From assembly GCA_015067825.1 (NCBI GenBank), contig SVLQ01000001.1, positions 396,485 through 460,484 of the forward strand: a DNA stretch of 64,000 nucleotides, in the 5' to 3' direction. Of this stretch, positions 9,051 through 18,384 are shown piece after piece. The DNA comes from Oscillospiraceae bacterium. Its GTDB lineage: Bacteria > Bacillota > Clostridia > Oscillospirales > QAMX01. Each line of letters begins with the position of its first letter. Position 1 is the first letter of the stretch. The translations under genes were made by a program, and so were the position numbers. Under the pieces are notes generated by a model, which was not told the DNA's origin, did no database searches, and saw nothing but the letters and a program-made list of their open reading frames with translations.

Positions 9051-9659
9051 TTAAGAATGTGTGCACGTCCATTTTATAAAGGTATGGCTGGAGACACCGA
9101 GAATTTCGGCAGCTTTCCGAGCCGAGATTTCCCCCGCCTGCCATTTTGGATAAACCAGATCAAACGAACTCGGAACCGGAAGCGGCAGACGTCCAAAACG
9201 CACACCGCGCGCTTTGGCAGCGGCAATCCCCTCGGCTTGTCGCTGCCGGATAAATTCCCGCTCTGTTTGCGCCACATAGCTTAAAAGCTGCAGCACGATA
9301 TCGGCAATGAGCGTACCCGTCAGATCTCTGCCTTGGCGTGTATCGAGCAGCGGCATATCCAAAACAACGATTGCGGCGTTTTTCTCCCGCGTGATCATGC
9401 GCCATTGCTCTAAAATCTCGTTGTAGTTTCGTCCGAGTCGATCAATGCTTTTTACCACAAGGGTATCTCCGGGCTTTAGCTTGCGCAGCAGTTGTTGGTA
9501 TCCCGGACGGTCGAAATCTTTGCCGGACTGTTTGTCCATATAGATTCGATCCTCCTCTACGCCAAATTCCCGCATCGCCGTACGCTGTCGGTCTTCGTTT
9601 TGATCTCTCGTGGATACGCGGACATATCCATACATTTTTCCTGCTTCCTGCATGGTCAT
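9051..9659 (-). CDS. Small serine recombinase (resolvase/invertase family)
   Basis: MYGYVRVSTRDQNEDRQ catalytic-Ser motif, DRLGRN, and a C-terminal HTH (ISARKAAEILGVSSHTFIKW). About 200 aa. The true start is probably the ATG at 9653 (GGAGG 7 nt upstream) or the MYGY methionine. Confidence 0.9.
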   Translation of the reverse strand: MTMQEAGKMYGYVRVSTRDQNEDRQRTAMREFGVEEDRIYMDKQSGKDFDRPGYQQLLRKLKPGDTLVVKSIDRLGRNYNEILEQWRMITREKNAAIVVLDMPLLDTRQGRDLTGTLIADIVLQLLSYVAQTEREFIRQRQAEGIAAAKARGVRFGRLPLPVPSSFDLVYPKWQAGEISARKAAEILGVSSHTFIKWTCTHS

Positions 9660-9721
9660 TCCTCCTTATCATTCCCAGTGTTGATGCCAGCGGCTGTCAT
9701 AATTTTATCATGAGCCGTAGG

Positions 9722-9768
9722 AGCAAAATAATGCCCCCGAAGGATTACAATATCCTTCGGGGGCATTT
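9722..9768 (-). terminator. Terminator downstream of the beta-helix gene
   Basis: 16-nt arms AATGCCCCCGAAGGAT (9730-9745) and ATCCTTCGGGGGCATT (9752-9767). The minus strand continues ATTATTTTG. Confidence 0.7.
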
Positions 9769-9837
9769 GCGTCTTCCGTTGTGTACAACACACGAAATTG
9801 TCGGCGTTTCGCACGATTGCGCCAGTTTTCCACGGTT

Positions 9838-11277
9838 TTAATCCTCTGCGATCAGCCAAAGAGTGTCGCCATGGGCTTTTTCATCGAGATAGGCCACAAT
9901 CTCCTCACAATACGTCCGCCGTTTGTTATCACGGTATGCAAGAATCCCAAAAGAGTCTCCCCTGCGGCCGACAAAGTGATTACTCTCCAATGTCGGCATA
10001 CTGTCTCCTCCGTCCGGGCCTTGTCTCTCGGCATAAATATGCACCAGCATATTAAAGGAATCGACCATCAGATTGTTGCGGATCCGATAATTCTTTGCCG
10101 GGTTGTCGCTTGACCAGCTTTTGATATGTGCGCTTTCTGTTTTATCGGGGCGTTGAGCGCAGAAACCGCGTCCGGCATGCCACATCAAATTGTCTTCGAT
10201 CACCAGATTTTCCATATGGCTGGGATTATCCTGCGGAAGGCCTGAGAGGAAATACTCAATGGAATAATTGCAGTATTCCATCACGTTGCCGGAGTAGCAA
10301 ATATTCGTCTGAGAGAAATCGTCTTTGTTCGTCCGTTCAAAGCCGCGCATCGTAAACTGCTGCGTCACAGCCGCGTCGTATATTTGGGTAAACCAACAAT
10401 CGCGCACCGTATACCGGTCGCATCCGCCGTAAATTTCCACGGCGTTGCCGTACCGGGTGGCATAGTTCCGCCCAAAAAGTCCTTCCTCCTGTATCGAACC
10501 GCCGATCCAATGGAATTCGCAGTTCTGCACCGTCAGTCCCTGCATCGTGCCGGTGCCGACGCCATGGGAACCGACGTAGCAAATGCAGAAATTGTCGATC
10601 GTGACGTCGGGGCCCCGCGTAACAAATCCGTGGCGTTTCACAGAAAACTCGATGGATCTAAACCGTTTTCCCGGGTTTTCACAGCTGTAGAGATAGACCA
10701 TACCGTCGGAGAGATCGTGCCAGAAATGCAGATCCGTGGTCAGATCTCGCCAATCGGCAAACGGTTCTCCGGTCGTATTGTTCCAGGTCGTTCCGTCGCT
10801 TTCCCGACGGAGAATGCATTTGATCGCGTGGGCCTCACCGTGATTGAAAACAATCGTCCCAATATCGTCCTGCCAGCCCTCAAAGCGCCAGATATGTTCC
10901 ACACCCGTAGGAATCCATTTTTCCGCCACTGCACCATCTTCGGGCGAACCGTACAGTTTCGGCTTCGCGCCTTCGCCGTAGGCCGTATACGTAACACCGG
11001 CCGCCGCACAGATTTGCCCCCGCCACAGATCCCCCCGGTGGAACCGTACCACAGAACCGGGTGCCAACACTGCTTCATTGACTTTATGCAGCGTTTTCCA
11101 CGCAGTTTGCGGAGAACGTCCGTCGGCCTCGTCGTTGCCGTCGGCGGAGACATAATAGGTATCCCCTTCGGCCGGCATGGGCAGATTGGGACGATGCACA
11201 ATCGCATCAATTCGTTCGTCTGTCATGTGTCGCCACAGCTTCAATTGTTCTTCAGTACAGTTTCGGACGTTTGTCAT
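9838..11277 (-). CDS. Right-handed parallel beta-helix repeat protein (pectate-lyase-fold, probable glycan-active enzyme), no signal peptide
   Basis: N-terminal YYVSADGNDEADGRSPQTAWKTL is typical of pectate-lyase-fold proteins. Repeated NC/GN turns follow (VQNCEFHWIGGS, VRDCWF, IEDNLMW). RBS AGGAGGGAATT. Confidence 0.65.
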   Translation of the reverse strand: MTNVRNCTEEQLKLWRHMTDERIDAIVHRPNLPMPAEGDTYYVSADGNDEADGRSPQTAWKTLHKVNEAVLAPGSVVRFHRGDLWRGQICAAAGVTYTAYGEGAKPKLYGSPEDGAVAEKWIPTGVEHIWRFEGWQDDIGTIVFNHGEAHAIKCILRRESDGTTWNNTTGEPFADWRDLTTDLHFWHDLSDGMVYLYSCENPGKRFRSIEFSVKRHGFVTRGPDVTIDNFCICYVGSHGVGTGTMQGLTVQNCEFHWIGGSIQEEGLFGRNYATRYGNAVEIYGGCDRYTVRDCWFTQIYDAAVTQQFTMRGFERTNKDDFSQTNICYSGNVMEYCNYSIEYFLSGLPQDNPSHMENLVIEDNLMWHAGRGFCAQRPDKTESAHIKSWSSDNPAKNYRIRNNLMVDSFNMLVHIYAERQGPDGGDSMPTLESNHFVGRRGDSFGILAYRDNKRRTYCEEIVAYLDEKAHGDTLWLIAED

Positions 11278-11329
11278 AATTCCCTCCTGTTATTCTGCAG
11301 AGCATTCTTGGCCGCGATGCTTAATGCTT

Positions 11330-11366
11330 ACGCCCTGCATAATCAGATCATGCAGGGCGTATTTCT
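11330..11366 (-). terminator. Hairpin downstream of the ABC gene (weak U-tract)
   Basis: ACGCCCTGCAT (11330-11340) pairs with ATGCAGGGCGT (11350-11360). There is no strong T-run on the minus strand. Confidence 0.4.
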
Positions 11367-11372
11367 ATGCAA

Positions 11373-14372
11373 TTATTCGGTTCGGAGCGCGACGACCGGG
11401 TCTTTTTTGGCCGCACTTCTCGACGGGATGATGCCGGAAATCAGCGTTAAGAGCATGCTGATGGCAATCAGAATCAGAGCCGTCGGAACCGGCAGATAGG
11501 CGCTCAGGTTGGAGAGACCGGTCAGGCCCTGGATGATCGCGTTGATCGGGATGCAAAGCAGGTACGTGACCAGCACACCGAGCAAACCGGAAGAGCAGCC
11601 GATGATGAGGGTTTCGGCGTTGAACATTCGCGAGACATTGCGCTTGGAAGCGCCGATTGCGCGGAGGATACCGATTTCTTTCGTGCGTTCCTGCACGGAG
11701 ATCAGCGTGATGACACCGATCATGATCGACGAAACAACCAGCGAAATAGAGACAAATGCGATCAGAACGTAGGTGATGGCGTTGATGATCGTCGTGATCG
11801 ACGACATCATCAGACCGATATAGTCGGTGTATTTGATCTGCGAGAGTTCGTCGACATCGGCGTTGTACTCTGCAATTGCGGCTTCGATCTGGTCTTTTTC
11901 TTCAAACGAAGAGGCAAAGAGGTTGATCGACGCCGGCTTTGCCAGATCGACACAGCCGAGCTTTTCGAGGTTATCTTCGTAGGTCGATTCAGAGAACGAG
12001 AGCACCTCGTCGTGATAGAGCGCGCACTGTTCGGTCGTGTACATCGCCAGCGACTGCGTCAGCGCAAACGCGAGTTCCTGTGCACTCATGGCACTCAGCT
12101 GCGCACGCACACCGGCCGCATACTCCGTTTTAACCTGTTCGGCGATCATCTGCGCAAAGAGCGCGGTCATATCTTCGTCGCTCATCGCCGTGATATACTG
12201 CTGGATTTGTTCTTCGCCCATGCCCATCTGCTCGACCATCGCCGCGCTCATTGCCGCTTCCATATCCGCACGGGTCATCGAGCCCAGCGTCTGCTGCACA
12301 ACGGCATCGAGCTGTTCGGCGGAAGGAATGCTCATGATCGCAATGTAGGTTTCGGCCTTGCCCTGTTCATCGAGCGAATTGACAAAGTTTTTGAATTCCG
12401 TTTCTTTTTCGACCGCGGTCATGCTGCCGGTGCTTTCGGAGAACGGCAGACCGGAGAAGATATCGGTCATCGGATCGGCCTTTTGCGCCAGCACCGCCGC
12501 AGATTCCTGCGACTGGCCAATCACGTACTCGGTCAGCTTGCTCGTGTAGGCGATCGCGCCGGTGAGCATCGCCGAAACCGCATCTTCGTTGGGGCGGATG
12601 ATACCGGAGACCTTGAGGACGGTGGCGTTATCGTAGAGGTAGCGAAGGCCCGCATCGCTCTCACGGAGATCAACGTAGAGGCCGCTCTTTTCATCGAGCG
12701 AATAGCAGTCGGAATTGAGGATCACGCGGAAATCCATATTACAGATTTCTTCGTAGCTCCATTTTTTCGTATCCGTCGGGATCTCGCCACCGGTCAGCGC
12801 AGCCTGCATGATGGCGTCGATTTCGGCTTCAGGCTTGAGGCCGAGGGCATAGAGCGTGATGTCGTCGAGCTCGTTATTCTCGTCGACGACGAGTACGATC
12901 TCGTTATACTGCGTCGGCCACGAACCGTAGATGACGTCGTACTGTTTTTCCAGCAGCGGACTGATGAGCTTGCCGTTGTCGCCGGGCAGCATTTCCTGCC
13001 AGATACTCATGCCGCTGGAGGCCATCATATCCATCATCGGATTGCCGGCGTTTTCCGACATCGTAATCATCGCCGACATATCCATGCCGAGGTGTTCGAC
13101 AATCAGTTCCTGCATCATCTGCTGGGCATCCGAGCGAATCACCGTATTGTCGACACCCTTGGTATAGACGAGCAGATCCAGATCGTAGGTATACTGCACA
13201 CCGTTGATGGCGGTGGCAAGCGCGTTTTCGGGATCGGAACGCTCGGTTTCGATAAAGGTTTTGAAGGAGGCGAGGTCATTCTCAATGGCTTCCACGCGGT
13301 TGAGCGCGTTGATCAGGCTATAGATCGCGGATTTGCTGTAGATCGCGTCTTTTTCATGCTGTTGGATCGATTCCGCCGCACCGATAAACGACTCCATCAG
13401 TGAGCCCATATCCATATGCGTTTCGCGGATCGTCAGCGGATAGGACGAAAGCGTGTCCTCCTGTACGGTATCGATATAGGTGGAAAGCCCCTGCGACACC
13501 GCGTAGATCAGCGCGATGCCGATGATGCCGATGCTGCCGGCAAACGAGGTCAGCAGCGTGCGGCCTTTTTTGGTGAACAGGTTTTTCAGCGAGAGACCAA
13601 ACGACGTTACAAACGACATCGCCGGTTTCTTTTCTTTTTTGGTTTCGGCAGCGAGTGCGGCGTCCTTTTTGCGATAGGCCTCCACTTCAGCATCAGAAAG
13701 CGGAGCGCTGTCAGAAGTGATCACGCCGTCGAGCATGCGGATGATACGGGTCGAGTAGGTTTCGGCGATGTCGGGGTTATGCGTAACCATGATAATCAGG
13801 CGGTCTTTGGAGATCTCTTTGAGGATATCCATAACCTGCACGCTCGTTTCGGTGTCGAGCGCGCCGGTCGGCTCGTCGGCGAGGATGATATCGGGGTTAT
13901 TGACGAGTGCACGGGCGATCGCCACGCGCTGCATCTGACCGCCGGACATTTCCGCCGGTTTCTTCGAAAGCTGATCGCCCAATCCGACGTCCTCGAGCGC
14001 TTTTTTGGCGCGGGCACGGCGTTCGGACTTGGAGACGCCCGACAGCGTCAGCGCCAGTTCGACGTTTTGCAGGACGGACTGATGCGGGATCAGGTTATAA
14101 CTTTGGAAGACGAAGCCGATCGAATGGTTGCGGTAGGTATCCCAGTCGCGGTCCTTGTAGTCTTTGGTCGAACGGCCGTTGATCACGAGATCGCCTTCGG
14201 TGTACTGGTCGAGACCGCCGATGATGTTGAGCATCGTGGTTTTACCGCAGCCGGAGGGACCGAGGATCGAGACAAATTCGTTTTCCCGAAACTTCAGATC
14301 GATCCCCTTGAGGGCATGAACGGTACCGCTGCCGGCGGGATAATCCTTTTTGATTTGTTTGAGTTCTAACAT
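11373..14372 (-). CDS. Fused ABC transporter ATP-binding/permease protein, MacB/FtsX type, with a very large extracytoplasmic domain
   Basis: Walker A GPSGCGKTT, signature SGGQMQR, Walker B ILADEPTGALD. One TM (LLTSFAGSIGIIGIALIYAVS), then roughly 560 aa without TMs, then a C-terminal FtsX-like three-TM bundle ending PSRSAAKKDPVVALRTE. Start ATG at 14372 (MLELKQIKKDY) has GGAAAGGAA upstream. Confidence 0.9.
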   Translation of the reverse strand: MLELKQIKKDYPAGSGTVHALKGIDLKFRENEFVSILGPSGCGKTTMLNIIGGLDQYTEGDLVINGRSTKDYKDRDWDTYRNHSIGFVFQSYNLIPHQSVLQNVELALTLSGVSKSERRARAKKALEDVGLGDQLSKKPAEMSGGQMQRVAIARALVNNPDIILADEPTGALDTETSVQVMDILKEISKDRLIIMVTHNPDIAETYSTRIIRMLDGVITSDSAPLSDAEVEAYRKKDAALAAETKKEKKPAMSFVTSFGLSLKNLFTKKGRTLLTSFAGSIGIIGIALIYAVSQGLSTYIDTVQEDTLSSYPLTIRETHMDMGSLMESFIGAAESIQQHEKDAIYSKSAIYSLINALNRVEAIENDLASFKTFIETERSDPENALATAINGVQYTYDLDLLVYTKGVDNTVIRSDAQQMMQELIVEHLGMDMSAMITMSENAGNPMMDMMASSGMSIWQEMLPGDNGKLISPLLEKQYDVIYGSWPTQYNEIVLVVDENNELDDITLYALGLKPEAEIDAIMQAALTGGEIPTDTKKWSYEEICNMDFRVILNSDCYSLDEKSGLYVDLRESDAGLRYLYDNATVLKVSGIIRPNEDAVSAMLTGAIAYTSKLTEYVIGQSQESAAVLAQKADPMTDIFSGLPFSESTGSMTAVEKETEFKNFVNSLDEQGKAETYIAIMSIPSAEQLDAVVQQTLGSMTRADMEAAMSAAMVEQMGMGEEQIQQYITAMSDEDMTALFAQMIAEQVKTEYAAGVRAQLSAMSAQELAFALTQSLAMYTTEQCALYHDEVLSFSESTYEDNLEKLGCVDLAKPASINLFASSFEEKDQIEAAIAEYNADVDELSQIKYTDYIGLMMSSITTIINAITYVLIAFVSISLVVSSIMIGVITLISVQERTKEIGILRAIGASKRNVSRMFNAETLIIGCSSGLLGVLVTYLLCIPINAIIQGLTGLSNLSAYLPVPTALILIAISMLLTLISGIIPSRSAAKKDPVVALRTE

Positions 14373-14500
14373 AGGCGTGTTCCTTTCCGGTCTGCCCAAT
14401 ACAGCACACACAGCCAAAATATGGTACTATCGATTCGCAGTATATTATAACATAGTTATACCCCATAAAGAAAAGAATGAATTGTAAATTTTTTGGGTTT

Positions 14501-14791
14501 TCACAAGTTTTTTTCGTCGTCCTGTTTTTTGTTTCCAACAGAGTACGGATTCTTATTCGGCCGGTACGGCGTCGGCTCGTTTCCGACCGAACCCAGCCAG
14601 CCAAATACCCACATCCGCACACAGATCGCTGCCACCCAAAGTCCCAGCGCGATCCACACAAGCCAAAACGGCCAACCGAGCAAAAAGTGCAGCGCGGCCA
14701 ACAAGATCGCAGGGACGAGCCCCTCGAGGTTTAGAAGCAGATTGATCAGCAACGTGAGAAAAAATCCGCGCCGCCTCCTGGTCGTTCGCAT
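14501..14791 (-). CDS. Small hydrophobic membrane protein (hypothetical)
   Basis: 96 aa with two to three predicted TM stretches (FFLTLLINLLL, VPAILLAALHFLLGWPFWLVWIALGLWVAAICV). Strong RBS AAAGGGGGGAG. Confidence 0.5.
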   Translation of the reverse strand: MRTTRRRRGFFLTLLINLLLNLEGLVPAILLAALHFLLGWPFWLVWIALGLWVAAICVRMWVFGWLGSVGNEPTPYRPNKNPYSVGNKKQDDEKNL

Positions 14792-14832
14792 CGTCTCCCC
14801 CCTTTCGTTACAGCATTCGGTATCACGTTACC

Positions 14833-14866
14833 GCAAACAAGGCACAGCAAATGCTGTGCCTTGTGG
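14833..14866 (-). terminator. Terminator of the fucosidase gene
   Basis: ACAAGGCACAGC (14837-14848) pairs with GCTGTGCCTTGT (14853-14864). The minus strand continues TTTGCGG. Confidence 0.6.
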
Positions 14867-14875
14867 AAAATACGG

Positions 14876-16180
14876 TCAGATGCCGCGCACGTTCTCGAGG
14901 CGAACGACAAAAACGTGTTCGGAGCTTTGCGCCATCGGGTTGAGCGGCGGGAAGCAAAGGCGCGCCGCACCGTTGTCGTCGACGATCTTGATCTCCGCAC
15001 CCGTACGGTCGCCCAAAAGCGTCGCTTTGAGCTCCGGCGCATACGGAACCGCCTTTAAGAGGCGTTCTCCAAACGGATAGGCGTGGAGCATCGCGTAGAC
15101 CTTGCCATCGCGCTTGGTGTAGCAGAGGTCGGCCTCGGCGTTGTCGGTATACTTGCGGGAGGCATAGATCGCTTCGCCGTTGACTTTGAGCCACTTGCCG
15201 ATCTGCAGCAGGCGTTCTTCCTGCAGCGGCGGGATCTTGCCGTCGGCAGAGGGACCGACGTTCAGGAGCAGGTTGCCTCCCTTGGAAACGAGGTCACAAA
15301 GCATCCAAATCAGCGCGTCGGCGGTCTGGTAATCCTCGCAGCGCTCGTTGCGGTTGAGGCCGAAGGAATGGCCGATGCCTCGGCATTCCTCAAACGGACG
15401 GCCATCGGGATTTTCCAGCAGGCGCTTACCGTCGACCGTGCCGTATTCGGTCGTGAAGTTGCCGCCCAGACGGCCGCGGGTCTCGTTGCCCCAGCGGTCG
15501 TTGGGCACGATCAGATCCTTCATCGAGGATTCGTTATAGAGCCACTGCAAAAACTCGGTGCTGTGCCAGACGCTGCTCGGGTGCGACCATTCGCCGTCGG
15601 TAAAGAGCGTATGCGGATGGTACTTCTCGACCAGTTCTTTGAGCATGGGGATCAGGTGTTCGAGCGCGTAGCGTTCGGGATTTTCGAGGTACAGCGGGTG
15701 GAACCACTCGTAGACGGAGTGGTAAACACCGAAGCGCACGTCGGTTTTGGAGAGCGCTTCGCTCAGTTCGGCACAAAAGTCGCGGTGCGGGCCGACGTCG
15801 TAGCTGTTCCAGTTCCACGCGTAATCGGTTTTGAACATACAGAAGCCGTCGTGGTGCTTACTGACGAGGTTCATGTACTTCGCACCGCTTCTCTGGAAAA
15901 TATCCGCCCATTCGTCGGCGTCGAAGAGTTCAGCCTTGAAATCGGCGACAAAATCGGCGTACTGCTTGCGCTCGCCGTAGGCGCGGTTGTGGAAATCGCG
16001 GGTATATTGATGCTCCGGCTGCAGCACGCTCCAGCCGTACCATTCGGCGTAGTCTGTCGGCTTGGCGTAGGACGGCACAGAATAGAGACCCCAGTGGATA
16101 AAGATGCCGAATTTTGCATCCTCAAACCATGCGGGCACATGGCGTTTATTCAGAGATTCCCAGTTATTTTCGTAAAGCAT
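14876..16180 (-). CDS. Alpha-L-fucosidase, GH29
   Basis: WFEDAKFGIFIHWGLYSVP and SKHHDGFCMF are GH29 hallmarks. ATG at 16180 (MLYENNW) follows GAGAGGAG. The track start at 16267 adds 29 aa with no RBS. Confidence 0.9.
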   Translation of the reverse strand: MLYENNWESLNKRHVPAWFEDAKFGIFIHWGLYSVPSYAKPTDYAEWYGWSVLQPEHQYTRDFHNRAYGERKQYADFVADFKAELFDADEWADIFQRSGAKYMNLVSKHHDGFCMFKTDYAWNWNSYDVGPHRDFCAELSEALSKTDVRFGVYHSVYEWFHPLYLENPERYALEHLIPMLKELVEKYHPHTLFTDGEWSHPSSVWHSTEFLQWLYNESSMKDLIVPNDRWGNETRGRLGGNFTTEYGTVDGKRLLENPDGRPFEECRGIGHSFGLNRNERCEDYQTADALIWMLCDLVSKGGNLLLNVGPSADGKIPPLQEERLLQIGKWLKVNGEAIYASRKYTDNAEADLCYTKRDGKVYAMLHAYPFGERLLKAVPYAPELKATLLGDRTGAEIKIVDDNGAARLCFPPLNPMAQSSEHVFVVRLENVRGI

Positions 16181-16298
16181 CGGACAGCTCCTCTCTGCGG
16201 TTTGCTTCTTTTCTACATGATACCATATTTGGGAGAAAACCGCAAGTGGCTTTGAAGATCCTTTCATTATATCGGGCTTATAAAGGGCGGTGTATCAA

Positions 16299-16327
16299 TT
16301 GTTTTTCTTCCGAATTTGTGCTATAAT
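16299..16327 (+). promoter_or_regulatory. Sigma-A-type promoter of the LRR protein gene
   Basis: TTGTTT (16299-16304), 17-nt spacer ending in TGC, TATAAT (16322-16327). Confidence 0.5.
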
Positions 16328-16361
16328 GAATGTATTGCAACGTTACTTTCGGAGGGATCTT

Positions 16362-18320
16362 ATGAAACAAACAAAGCGAATTGTCAGCTTGTGTCTTCTG
16401 TTTGTCATGCTCCTGGGCGTATTTCCGCTAAGTGTATTTGCAGACGACCTCGTCATTTATTGCCTGCCCGACGGCAATATTTGGTTCGACCGCGAGACCG
16501 GAACCATCGTCAGCGCAGACCCCGAGCTTCATTCTGCCCAACTTCCATCCAACATTTTCGGCACGAAAGTCACCGCAATCGGTGATTGGGCATTTGCCAC
16601 CTGTCCGAACCTGACAAAAGTGGTCCTGCCCGGAACGATTACTTCGATCGGTGAACACGCTTTTGCCGACTGTCACTCATTGGGATATGTGGTCTTTCCT
16701 CGCAGTCTGAAGGAAATCGGTGATTGTGCATTTAACTGTTGTACCTCGCTTGAAGCCGCTATTATTCCCGAAGGGGTTACTTCAATCGGCAAATATGCGT
16801 TTGCGGATTGTGTGCGTTTGACAGAGGTGGATATTCCGGCAAGTATAACATTCATCGGAGACGGTGTATTTGCCCGTTGCGAGCGTCTGATGCGCATTTC
16901 GGTGGATCCTGCCAACACCGCATACGTTGCGGTTAACAATGTTTTGCTTAACAAAGCGCAAACACATCTGGTTTCAGCAGCGTGCACACTCAGAGGCAGT
17001 TACGTACTCCCCAAAAGTGTAACAACACTCGGTTCGGGCGCGTTTGGCGGCTGTACGGAACTGAGCGAGATCATTCTCCCCTCCGGCCTGATGCACATCG
17101 GCTTCGCTGCCTTTAGAAATTGCAGATCGCTTACGCACCTTGTGATTCCGCAAAGTGTGACCACAATTGAAAACATCGCGTTCGATAGTTGTACCGGTAT
17201 CACAGAAATCGTAATTCCCGACAGTGTTACGTCGCTCGGCGAATCGATCTTCCAAAACTGTACGTCGCTGACAAAAGTACGGCTCCCGGAAAATATTACA
17301 CGCATCTATGAGGGAATGTTTGGGGGATGCAGTTCCTTAAAAAAATATGTCGTCCCTGAAACGGTTGTTGTGATCGAGGCAGGCGCATTTTACGCCTGCT
17401 CCGCCCTTACGGATATTACCATCCCGGACAGCGTAACGTATATCGGTGAGCTCGCATTCGGCGACTGTATTGCGCTTGAGAAGATTAATTTGCCTGCTAA
17501 CCTGACCGAAGTAGGAGAGCGCCTGTTTGAAAACTGCACATCGCTCAAGCAGGTCGGTTTGCCCCGACACCTAACACAAACCGGTCATGGTACATTTATG
17601 GGCTGCACTGCACTGAACGATCTTGTAATCCCAAGCGGTATTTCCGTGATTTCAGCGTATACGTTTGAGAATTGTTACGGGCTGGAGACACTCTGGATTC
17701 CGAAGAGTATTACCACAATTGAAGAAGACGCCTTTTGGAATTGCATCGCCTTAGCAGACATATACTACGAAGGCAGCGAAGAACAGTGGAAACAAATCGT
17801 AACGCCCGCCGTAACAAATGAGCTTCGGGCTGTTACCATTCACTTTAATTGCAAGCAGCCGATCCCGCCGCTCGGTACGGCATACGCCTCTACATACCAG
17901 ATCAGCATTGACGGCACACCGGTCAAGTTGCAAACATACGCGCTGAAGAACGAAAAGGGTTACGAAACCAACTACGTCAAGCTGCGCGATATCGCCACTC
18001 TCATCAACGGCAGTGCCACACAGTTCAACGTCGATTGGGATGGCGCGGTCAATATCATCACCGGCACAGCTTACGAACCTAACGGCACCGAAATGGCGAC
18101 GCCGTTTGCGGGCGACCGGAACTACGAGGCCGCGTTTGCCGAAACCAAGATTGACGGCACTGCGATTGACGTGCAGGCAATCCTTTTGAAGGATGACCAA
18201 GGCGGCGGCTACACTTACTACAAGCTCCGCGACATCGCCGAAGCGCTCGATTTCGACGTCAGCTGGGTTCCCGGCACAGGCATCGTGATCGACACCGATC
18301 AGCCTTACACAGAAGATTAA
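16362..18320 (+). CDS. Secreted BspA-type leucine-rich-repeat protein with C-terminal copper-amine-oxidase-N-like (stalk) repeats
   Basis: Signal peptide MKQTKRIVSLCLLFVMLLGVFPLSVFA. About 18 repeats of the form ..IP.SVT.IG..AF..C.SL. The C-terminus carries two YVKLRDIA../YYKLRDIAEAL modules. GGAGGG precedes the ATG at 16362. Confidence 0.85.
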   Translation: MKQTKRIVSLCLLFVMLLGVFPLSVFADDLVIYCLPDGNIWFDRETGTIVSADPELHSAQLPSNIFGTKVTAIGDWAFATCPNLTKVVLPGTITSIGEHAFADCHSLGYVVFPRSLKEIGDCAFNCCTSLEAAIIPEGVTSIGKYAFADCVRLTEVDIPASITFIGDGVFARCERLMRISVDPANTAYVAVNNVLLNKAQTHLVSAACTLRGSYVLPKSVTTLGSGAFGGCTELSEIILPSGLMHIGFAAFRNCRSLTHLVIPQSVTTIENIAFDSCTGITEIVIPDSVTSLGESIFQNCTSLTKVRLPENITRIYEGMFGGCSSLKKYVVPETVVVIEAGAFYACSALTDITIPDSVTYIGELAFGDCIALEKINLPANLTEVGERLFENCTSLKQVGLPRHLTQTGHGTFMGCTALNDLVIPSGISVISAYTFENCYGLETLWIPKSITTIEEDAFWNCIALADIYYEGSEEQWKQIVTPAVTNELRAVTIHFNCKQPIPPLGTAYASTYQISIDGTPVKLQTYALKNEKGYETNYVKLRDIATLINGSATQFNVDWDGAVNIITGTAYEPNGTEMATPFAGDRNYEAAFAETKIDGTAIDVQAILLKDDQGGGYTYYKLRDIAEALDFDVSWVPGTGIVIDTDQPYTED

Positions 18321-18332
18321 TTTTTCTATTCC

Positions 18333-18378
18333 AATCAAAAAAACGCGTAAGGCAAAAGCCTTACGCGTTTTTTGATTG
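18333..18378. terminator. Bidirectional terminator between convergent genes
   Basis: ATCAAAAAAACGCGTAAGGC, loop AAAA, GCCTTACGCGTTTTTTGAT. Perfect stem with A- and T-runs. Confidence 0.8.
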
Positions 18379-18384
18379 ATTCTC

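Noticed and set aside
8052-9870. Whether the recombinase and AP2 gene represent a complete mobile element, prophage remnant or transposon.
   Set aside because: There are only two genes, with no terminal direct repeats or att-like duplications that I could find. There are no transposase, integrase or phage structural genes. The small serine recombinase and internal IR pair fit a local inversion system better than a mobile element.
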